Assembly (NCBI GenBank): GCA_036260375.1
Contig: DASZZZ010000065.1
Span: forward strand, 1,675 to 65,674
Length of the DNA stretch: 64,000 bases
From: Actinomycetota bacterium
Lineage (GTDB): Bacteria; Actinomycetota; CADDZG01; WHSQ01
Direction: 5' to 3'
Positions 57,625 to 64,000 of this stretch are shown piece after piece (position 1 is the first letter of the stretch; the number at the start of each line of letters is the position of its first letter). Below the pieces are notes generated by a model, which had not been told where the DNA came from, searched no databases, and saw only the letters and a list, made by a program, of their open reading frames with translations. The translations under genes and the position numbers were made by a program.

Positions 57625-58899
57625 ATGGCCATCGAGCTCATCATCGCCGTCGCGCTGGTGGCGGCGAACGGCTTCTTCGTGGCGTCGGAGTTCGCGATCG
57701 CGCGGCTGCGGCCGACGCAGGTCGCCGACTTCCTGCGCGAGCGCCGTCCCGGCGCGCGCTCGGCGCACCACGCCGTCACGCACATCGACTCCTACCTGTC
57801 GGCCTGCCAGCTCGGCATCACGCTCGCGTCGCTGGGCCTCGGCGCCGTCGGCGAGCCCGCGTTCCACCAGCTGCTCGAGCCGCTGCTCGGCGACAGCGCG
57901 CACATCGCCGGCTTCGGCCTGGCGTCGGCCGTCGCGTTCCTCGTCATCACCGTCCTCCACGTCGTCCTCGGCGAGCTCGCGCCGAAGAGCGCGGCGATCT
58001 CCCGGACGGCGCCGATGGCCCTCGCGCTCGCGCCGCCGATGCGCGCCTTCTACCTCGCGACCAAGCCGTTCGTCGACGCCTTCAACGGCCTGGGCAATCT
58101 CGTCCTCAAGCCGTTCGGCATCCCGCCCGCGTCCGAGGCCGGCCATGCGCCGCACAGCGAGGACGAGCTGCGCGAGCTGCTGCGCGAGAGCCGCGAGGGC
58201 GGCCTCATCGAGCGAGACGAGCAGCAGCTGTCGGAGGCGGCGCTCGTGTTCGGCGATCGGCGCGCGCGCGAGGTCATGACGCCGCGCTCGGAGGTCAGCC
58301 ACGTCACGGCGGGCGAGGAGCCCCGCAAGATCGCCGAGAAGGCCATGGCGAGCGGCCACACGCGGCTGCCCGTGGCCGAGGCGGGCGGCGGGCTCGAGTC
58401 GGCCGTGGGGTTCATCAACGCCAAGGACCTGCTGCCGGTCGCCTTCGGCGGTGTGGACGACGGCCAGCGGCTGCGCGTGCGCCCGCTCGCCCGCGTGGCG
58501 GAGTCCACGCGCCTCGACGAGGTGCTGCGCGAGATGCGCCGCGACCGCCGCCATCTGGCGCTCGTCTTCGACGAGCACGGGACGGTCGTCGGGCTCATCA
58601 CGCTCGAGGACATCCTCGAGGAGCTCGTGGGCGAGATCGAGGACGAGTTCGACCCGCGCGAGCCCGAGCCGATCCGCGCGGACGACGGCGGCGTGCGCAT
58701 CGACGGCGGGGCGCCGCTGCGGCTCGTCGCCGAGCGCCTGGGGATGGACGTCGACGCGCCGCACGAGGCGACGATCGGCGGGTACGTGACCCAGCGCCTC
58801 GGCCGCGTCCCCGATCCGGACGAGGTCGTCGAGGTCGACGGCGTGCGCTTCACCGTGCTCGACGCCGACGACACGCGGATCACGGCGCTTCGGGCCTGA
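57625..58899 (+). CDS. hemolysin-family / CNNM-type protein (DUF21 - CBS pair - CorC_HlyC)
   Basis: The N-terminal TM domain with FFVASEFAI..LR and GELAPKS is followed by a CBS pair region (REVMTPR...) and a C-terminal transporter-associated domain. Confidence 0.9.
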   Translation: MAIELIIAVALVAANGFFVASEFAIARLRPTQVADFLRERRPGARSAHHAVTHIDSYLSACQLGITLASLGLGAVGEPAFHQLLEPLLGDSAHIAGFGLASAVAFLVITVLHVVLGELAPKSAAISRTAPMALALAPPMRAFYLATKPFVDAFNGLGNLVLKPFGIPPASEAGHAPHSEDELRELLRESREGGLIERDEQQLSEAALVFGDRRAREVMTPRSEVSHVTAGEEPRKIAEKAMASGHTRLPVAEAGGGLESAVGFINAKDLLPVAFGGVDDGQRLRVRPLARVAESTRLDEVLREMRRDRRHLALVFDEHGTVVGLITLEDILEELVGEIEDEFDPREPEPIRADDGGVRIDGGAPLRLVAERLGMDVDAPHEATIGGYVTQRLGRVPDPDEVVEVDGVRFTVLDADDTRITALRA

Positions 58900-59590
58900 C
58901 GCGCCGCAGGAACGTCCACGTGACGCCGATCGGCTCGAAGCCGAGGCGCGCGTAGAGACCCTTGGGCCAGTCGTCGGCGTCGGCGACGAGGAAGACGAGG
59001 TCGTGGCCCATGGCGACGGCGGCGTCGACGGCGAGGCTCACCGTCGCGCGCGCCAGCCCGCGGCCCCGGTGGGCGCGCAGCGTGCCGACGTCCTCGACCT
59101 GGGCGACGGTCCCGTCCGAGTACAGGGTCGCGACCGTCGCGTCGACGCCGTCGGCCGCGCCGACGAAGTACCGCGCCGTCGGGACGGATGCCGCCAGGGC
59201 GCGGCGGGCGTCGAGGATCTCGCGCAGGTGGCGCGCGGAGATGCCGGGCATCGTCTCGCGGGCGATCGCGGCGTCGGCCACGGCGAGGGTGTCCGCGTCG
59301 ACCTCGCGCGCGAGGCCCGCGGCGGCCGGCCGGTCGCGCGGCCGGCGCAGCGCCATGTGGACGTCGCGCTCGGCGTGCCAGCCGCGATCGCGCAGACGCG
59401 GCGCCAGGCGCTCGCCGGTGTCGGCGCGCGTCACCACGGCGCGCCGGTGCGGGAGGCCGGCGTAGAGGTCCTCGAGCGCGGCCACGAGCGCGTCCATGCC
59501 GACGTCGCCGTCGACGTAGAGGGCGTTGAGCGCCTGCGAGCGCGGGAGGCGGGGGTGCCTGAGCGCCTCGCCCAGCGGGTGTGCGATCAC
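58880..59590 (-). CDS. GNAT-family N-acetyltransferase
   Basis: The acetyl-CoA motif RAHRGRGLARA (R/Q-x-x-G-x-G/A) sits in the C-terminal half. The 3' end overlaps the convergent CNNM gene by 20 nt. The start is uncertain. Confidence 0.75.
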   Translation of the reverse strand: MIAHPLGEALRHPRLPRSQALNALYVDGDVGMDALVAALEDLYAGLPHRRAVVTRADTGERLAPRLRDRGWHAERDVHMALRRPRDRPAAAGLAREVDADTLAVADAAIARETMPGISARHLREILDARRALAASVPTARYFVGAADGVDATVATLYSDGTVAQVEDVGTLRAHRGRGLARATVSLAVDAAVAMGHDLVFLVADADDWPKGLYARLGFEPIGVTWTFLRRVRPEAP

Positions 59591-59654
59591 CGCCTCGCAC
59601 GCCGCGCGCTCCCGGCGGCGCTCGAACGCCAGGGCGCGCGCGAAGTCGGCCTCG

Positions 59655-60263
59655 TCAGTCCTCGTCGTCGTCCTCGCCGGTGCGGCGGATCACGATCCGG
59701 TCCTCCTCGATCGTGACCGTCACCGGCCGGTGCCCGGCCCAGTGCTCCGCGTAGACCGGATCGTCGGCCACGGCCGGGTCGAGCCACAGCCCGTAGCCCT
59801 CCTCGCCGTGGTCGAACGTGCCCTCGAGCTCGCGGGTCGCGGTCGCCCCGCGTCGCCGTCCGCGGCCGCCGCGGCGCCCGCGCCGGCGCGGCCTGGCGTC
59901 GCCGTCGTCCTCGACGTCGTCGTCCTCGTCGCCCGCCGCGGCGCGGCGCTCGACCTCCTCGGCGGCGCGGCGCTCGGCCTCCTCCGCCGCGCGACGCTCC
60001 TGCTCCCGGCGCTCGGCCTCGGCCGCCTCGAGCTCGGCCGCGATGAGCGCGTCGTCCTCGGCCCGCAGATCGATCTCGTCGTCGAAGTCGATGCCCGGCA
60101 GGTCCGGCGCCTCGCCGTCGGGCTCGAGCTCGTTCTGGCGCTTGAAGGCCTCGATGTCCTGAACGGTGACCTCGAGCTGATGGGCGATCCACGCGTCGGT
60201 CCGACCCTGCCGGACCCAGCCGCGGATCTGGTTGAGGTGCGGTCGCAGTGAGCGTCGAGCCAT
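59655..60263 (-). CDS. hypothetical protein: N-terminal HTH-like segment, acidic/ERRAAEE coiled-coil repeats, RGG-like basic patch, small C-terminal domain
   Basis: Start taken at ATG 60263 ([44 protein letters not shown]). The middle has repeats [30 protein letters not shown] followed by [16 protein letters not shown]. No family recognised. Confidence 0.55.
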   Translation of the reverse strand: MARRSLRPHLNQIRGWVRQGRTDAWIAHQLEVTVQDIEAFKRQNELEPDGEAPDLPGIDFDDEIDLRAEDDALIAAELEAAEAERREQERRAAEEAERRAAEEVERRAAAGDEDDDVEDDGDARPRRRGRRGGRGRRRGATATRELEGTFDHGEEGYGLWLDPAVADDPVYAEHWAGHRPVTVTIEEDRIVIRRTGEDDDED

Positions 60264-60377
60264 AGGTCGGCCGCGGAGCCTATACAAACGACAGGGCGAG
60301 GGCTCCACAGCGGTTGCGCTGCCGATGGGGACGCTAGTAAGGTGCGCGAACCGCCCAGCGAGGCAGGGAGGTCATCA

Positions 60378-60617
60378 ATGCTGGTACTGACCAGGAAGTC
60401 GAATCAGAGCATCATGATCGGGGACGACATCGAGGTGTCCGTCCTGTCGATCATGGGCGAGAAGGTGCGCATCGGGATCCAGGCGCCGCGGGACATCCCG
60501 GTCTTCCGCAAGGAGGTCTACCTCGAGATCCAGCAGGAGCGCGCGGCCGAGCTCGCGGGCTCCGGGGCGCGGTCCGAGGTCGAGGCCGCGTTGCGTCAGC
60601 TGGGCACGCCCGAGTAG
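60378..60617 (+). CDS. csrA: carbon storage regulator CsrA (79 aa)
   Basis: [54 protein letters not shown] matches the CsrA consensus along its whole length (MLxLxRK..E.I.IGD.I.V.V......VR.GI.AP....I.R.E.Y..I). GGGAGG lies 6 nt before ATG 60378. Confidence 0.9.
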   Translation: MLVLTRKSNQSIMIGDDIEVSVLSIMGEKVRIGIQAPRDIPVFRKEVYLEIQQERAAELAGSGARSEVEAALRQLGTPE

Positions 60618-60649
60618 CCGTCCTCGCGCACCGCCGGACACGGTGGGCG

Positions 60650-60889
60650 TCAGCCCATCACGATGTAGAGCGCGCGGAACATGGCCACGGTGACGAGCAC
60701 CGCGGTTGCCAGCAGCACGAGCACGAGCAGCCAGAAGCGCGCCGACCCGGCACGCGCGCTGCGCTCGATGTGCCGGCGGCCCTGCCGCTGCCGCGCGTTG
60801 CGCAGCTGCCGTCGGCGCCGCTCGCGGTCGGCCTGGGTCTCCTCGACGAACGCGCGCTCGAGCTCGGCGAGGCTCTGTCGCATCCGCAT
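60650..60889 (-). CDS. hypothetical tail-anchored small membrane protein (79 aa)
   Basis: A charged N-terminal helix is followed by a single C-terminal TM segment (FWLLVLVLLATAVLVTVAMF). It starts 20 nt after the thermonuclease stop on the same strand. Confidence 0.45.
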   Translation of the reverse strand: MRMRQSLAELERAFVEETQADRERRRRQLRNARQRQGRRHIERSARAGSARFWLLVLVLLATAVLVTVAMFRALYIVMG

Positions 60890-60909
60890 CGCCACGGCGA
60901 GGCAGGCTA

Positions 60910-61407
60910 CTACCTCGCGCACGCGCCCCAGAGCCCGCGGCGCTCCCGCCGCGCGTCGCGCGCCAGCGCCGCGAAGCGGCCGGCGAAGCGGACGTTCGGC
61001 GGGATCGTCAGGGTCCGCGCGTAGGCCCCGCGCACGAGCGCCGCGTTGACGAACACCCCGTCGCCGACCCGGAAGACGTAGGCCAGCAGCCGGCCGAACC
61101 GGTCGCGGCGCTCGGCGTCGAGGACGAGGCGCACGCGGCGGCCGGCGACGAGGCGCGCGTTCTCGGCGGTCGCGCGGCGCGCGTAGCACTGCACCGGCGT
61201 GTCGGGCCGGCCGGACTCTGGCGTGTCGATGCCGATGTAGCGCACCGCGACGACGCCGCCGTCCAGGCGGACGCGGACCGTGTCGCCGTCGACGACCCGG
61301 ACGACGCGGCCCGCGAGCGGGTCGGCGGGCGCGGCGTCGTCGCGGCCGCCGAGCAGGACGAGGGCGGCGGCGACGACGACGGCGAGCGGCAGCAGGGCCC
61401 GGCGCAT
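60910..61407 (-). CDS. thermonuclease (staphylococcal nuclease, SNase-like) family protein, secreted/anchored
   Basis: An N-terminal hydrophobic signal, then VVDGDTV.V....G....VRYIGIDTPE...P......ARRA.......G..V.L......RDRFGRLLAYV, which are SNase motifs. Confidence 0.85.
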   Translation of the reverse strand: MRRALLPLAVVVAAALVLLGGRDDAAPADPLAGRVVRVVDGDTVRVRLDGGVVAVRYIGIDTPESGRPDTPVQCYARRATAENARLVAGRRVRLVLDAERRDRFGRLLAYVFRVGDGVFVNAALVRGAYARTLTIPPNVRFAGRFAALARDARRERRGLWGACAR

Positions 61408-61483
61408 GACCGGGCGACCGTAGACGACGGGGCGGCCGCGCCGGCCGCCCCGTTGCAGACCGGATGCGATGTCGGCGCGGGCG

Positions 61484-62410
61484 CTACGCGACCGCGGCCT
61501 GCTGCTCCTCGTAGACGCGGATGAAGCGCAGGTAGTTGTCGGCGACCTGCTGGGCGGCGGCGTCGCGCTCGAGCGAGCCGTCGAGGAAGCCCTTCAGCGC
61601 GTCCCACCAGATCGAGCGCCCGATGGCGAAGCCGACGAACCCGTCGACCGGCGCCGCGATCCGCAGCCAGTGGTCGACCTTGTCGTCGCTGGCGCCGCGG
61701 CCGAGAAGCACGCAGACGACGCCCTCGCGGCCCTCGCCCGTGCGCGCCTGCTGGGCCAGCATCTCCGCGTCCGAGCGGTCCTCGACGCCCTCGATCTTCC
61801 AGATGTCGACCTCGATGCCGTGGTCTTGGATCTCGGCGATCGCGCGGCGCATGAGCTCGGGCCGCAGCTCGGCGTCGTAGCGGTCGGAGTCGCCGCCGGC
61901 GGACTCAAGCTGCGCATCGGTGGCCGGCACCAGCAGCTCGAACAGGAACTTGCGCCCGTTGTCGTGCAGCCAGTCGGCCAGCCGCTTGAGCCGCTCGAGC
62001 TGGCGGGCGTTCATGTCGGCGTCGCCGTCCGGGTTGTAGCGGACGAGGACCTTCGAGAAGTCCGGGTCGAAGCGCTCGATGTGCTCGCCGAAGGCGTCGC
62101 CGTACTCGAAGTCGAACTCGTCTTGGCCAGACTTCTCGACGGGCATCGCGAGCTTGAGGCCGCTGCGCTTGGCCTGCTGCGGGATGTCGCCGCCGAACTG
62201 CTCGTCGACCAGCACGCCGATCTGGTCGCCGGGGACCGAGCTGCCCTCGACGGCCTTCACCATGCCCTCGTAGATCAGGTGCTTGGCGTCGGCGATCTTC
62301 CGGGTCTCCTCGTCGTTCGGGTCGCCCTCGATCCCGAACATCTTCTTCTGGAAGGAGCCCCGGTGGTCGAACGCGAGGATGTAGAGCCTGCCGTCGTATC
62401 CAAGTGCCAT
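61484..62410 (-). CDS. DUF2090 domain protein (IolC C-terminal-like, putative class I aldolase fold; 5-dehydro-2-deoxyphosphogluconate aldolase-like)
   Basis: 308 aa. LYILAFDHRGSF...VLVDE..G...KIEG...GFA.GR..W is the pattern I recall for DUF2090. Assigned from memory only. Confidence 0.55.
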   Translation of the reverse strand: MALGYDGRLYILAFDHRGSFQKKMFGIEGDPNDEETRKIADAKHLIYEGMVKAVEGSSVPGDQIGVLVDEQFGGDIPQQAKRSGLKLAMPVEKSGQDEFDFEYGDAFGEHIERFDPDFSKVLVRYNPDGDADMNARQLERLKRLADWLHDNGRKFLFELLVPATDAQLESAGGDSDRYDAELRPELMRRAIAEIQDHGIEVDIWKIEGVEDRSDAEMLAQQARTGEGREGVVCVLLGRGASDDKVDHWLRIAAPVDGFVGFAIGRSIWWDALKGFLDGSLERDAAAQQVADNYLRFIRVYEEQQAAVA

Positions 62411-62500
62411 TGCGTCTCCCGGTTGCGGTTGCCGCCAGTCTAGATCCGAGCCGACCTTCTAGCGTTCTACCCGTTCGGGCGCCCGCGCCGGGGGATCTGC

Positions 62501-63610
62501 TTGCCAACCGTCACGCACAACTTCGTGGGGCCGACCGGCACGGTCGGCATCGAAGAGGAGCTGATGATCGTCGACGCGGAGTCGCTGAACCTCGTCAACG
62601 CGATCGAGTCGCTGCTCCAGGATGCGCCGGAGGGCGAGATCAAGCCGGAGCTCATGGAGTCCGTGCTCGAGATCGCCACCGCGCCGTGCGCCAACACGAC
62701 GGAGGCCGGCGACCAGCTCGCCGCGCTGCGCCGGCGCGTGCGCGACACGGCCGAGAGCCGAGGCCTGACGATCGGCTCGGCCGGCACGCACCCGTTCGCG
62801 CTGTGGGAGGACCAGCGCATCGCCGCCCGCCCGCGCTACCGCGACCTCGTCTCGTCGCTGCGCTTCGTCGCCCGCCAGGAGCTCATCTTCGGCATGCACG
62901 TCCATGTCGGCGTCGACGACCCCGACAAGGCGATCCACGTGGCCAACGGGATGCGCGTCCACCTCCCGGCGCTCCTGGCGCTGAGCGCCAACTCGCCGTT
63001 CTGGCGGGCCTCCGCCACCGGCCTCATGTCGAGCCGCATGCCCATCTTCCGCCAGTTCCCGCGCGTGGGCATGCCGCCGCACTACCGCGACTGGGACGAC
63101 TACGCGCGCGAGCTGGGGTTCATGATGGACAGCGGCGTGCTCGAGGACGCCACCTTCCTCTGGTACGACGTGCGCCCGCACCCCGAGCTGGGTACGGTCG
63201 AGGTCCGGGTGTGCGACGGCCAGACGAGGCTCGAGCACACGCTCGGCCTGGCCGCCCTGGTGCAGGCTATGGTGAGTGAGCTGTGCGAGCATTTCAGCGC
63301 CGGTGAGCGCCTTTCCACCTACCCCTGGCAGATGCTCGATGAGAACAAGTGGCTCGCCGCTCGCCACGGGCTCGACGGCGAGCTCGTCGACCTGCCGAGC
63401 GCCGAGCGCGTCGCCACCCGCGCGCTCGTCCGGCGGCTCGTGGACCGGCTGCGCGAGCACGCCGAGCAGCTCGGCTCCGCGGGGGAGCTGGAGGCGGTCG
63501 GGGACCTGCTGCGGCGCGGGAACGGCGCGCAGCGGCAGGTCGTCGTCTACGAGGCCAACCACGACCTCCGCGAGGTCATGGCCGAGATCGTGGCGGCGAC
63601 CGGTGCCTAG
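62501..63610 (+). CDS. ybdK: carboxylate-amine ligase (glutamate--cysteine ligase family 2, YbdK-type)
   Basis: GIEEELMIVD near the N-terminus, FGMHVHVG, and SANSPFW are the GCS2 signature. The start is TTG 62501 or GTG 62525. Confidence 0.9.
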   Translation: MPTVTHNFVGPTGTVGIEEELMIVDAESLNLVNAIESLLQDAPEGEIKPELMESVLEIATAPCANTTEAGDQLAALRRRVRDTAESRGLTIGSAGTHPFALWEDQRIAARPRYRDLVSSLRFVARQELIFGMHVHVGVDDPDKAIHVANGMRVHLPALLALSANSPFWRASATGLMSSRMPIFRQFPRVGMPPHYRDWDDYARELGFMMDSGVLEDATFLWYDVRPHPELGTVEVRVCDGQTRLEHTLGLAALVQAMVSELCEHFSAGERLSTYPWQMLDENKWLAARHGLDGELVDLPSAERVATRALVRRLVDRLREHAEQLGSAGELEAVGDLLRRGNGAQRQVVVYEANHDLREVMAEIVAATGA

Positions 63611-64000
63611 GCACGCGGCCGTCCTCCTTGCGGCGCTCCTCGCGACCCTGGCTGTGCCGGCGGCCGCGGGCGCGCAGGGCGCCGTGGTCGAGCGCGCGGC
63701 GCAGGCGCTCCGCTCCGACTCCGTCTACCAGGACTCGTCCGCCGAGCGGAGGCTCGGGCGCGGCGAGCTCGCGGACCTGCGGCGGCAGATCGAGGCCACG
63801 GGCGACCCCATCTTCATCGCGATCCTGCCGTCGTCGGCCGGGCCGGCCAACGCGGTGCTGCGCCAGGCGGCGCGCGCCACGGGCCGTGACGGGACCTACG
63901 GCGTCGTCGTCGGCAGCGTGTTCCGCGCGGGGTCGACCACCGAGGCGACGGGTGTCGCACCGGCGGAGGCCAGCGCCGCCATCCAGGAGCGCCGCCAGGA
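63603..64000 (+). CDS. hypothetical secreted protein, N-terminal part (continues beyond the right edge)
   Basis: GTG 63603 overlaps the ybdK 3' end by 8 nt. The signal-peptide-like N-terminus is VPRHAAVLLAALLATLAVPAAAGA. High GC3. No stop before the window end. Confidence 0.5.
   Translation, partial: MPRHAAVLLAALLATLAVPAAAGAQGAVVERAAQALRSDSVYQDSSAERRLGRGELADLRRQIEATGDPIFIAILPSSAGPANAVLRQAARATGRDGTYGVVVGSVFRAGSTTEATGVAPAEASAAIQERRQ

Noticed and set aside
59590-61500. fliW or flagellar genes accompanying csrA
   Set aside because: None of the neighbouring ORFs resembles FliW (about 145 aa, beta-rich) or any flagellar component, so csrA is called orphan within this window.

Overview
This is a very GC-rich chromosomal segment. 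Hand-counted 60-nt lines outside one island gave 68-83% G+C. Gene content and order are typical of a high-GC Gram-positive (Actinomycetota-like) bacterium, but the taxon is inference only.

I can support about 70 protein-coding genes, two tRNAs (Ala-CGC at 25357-25429, Gln-TTG at 37276-37347), one frameshifted pseudogene and a few hairpins or operator-like sites. I saw no rRNA, CRISPR array, transposase or integrase.

The backbone is housekeeping. It includes tldD-pmbA, uppP, galU-moeA-moaC and pepA. It also carries the deeply conserved block pmt / rsmI - abrB - metG - tatD - rsmA(ksgA) - ispE - tRNA-Gln - glmU - prs - rplY(ctc) - pth ... mfd - parvulin PPIase - mazG - eno - DUF1707 - ftsB. 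Many neighbouring genes overlap by GTGA or ATGA. Most of the very long ORFs in the six-frame track are Arg/Ala/Gly-rich shadow frames of real genes and were rejected.

Worth a second look:
1. An XRE-HTH+TPR regulator (1151-2431) is divergent from an unlisted 28-codon ORF (771-857). That ORF encodes a signal peptide plus a 7-residue aromatic tail, which is an RRNPP-like receptor/pro-peptide layout outside Firmicutes.
2. A ~3.9-kb low-GC island (about 25430-29360) lies directly 3' of tRNA-Ala. It carries a membrane-anchored degenerate PLD-like/DUF5919-like protein, a frameshifted D-2-hydroxyacid dehydrogenase and a divergent FAD-linked oxidase, with no integrase.
3. An orphan csrA (60378-60617) has no fliW nearby and is divergent from an HTH/charged-repeat protein.
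4. A translin-family gene sits next to tRNA-Ala.
5. The metG leader contains a hairpin plus T6 attenuator-like element.
6. An ~8-kb accessory block is wedged between pth and mfd.

All family assignments come from reading the translated ORFs and recalling family motifs. No database search was possible.
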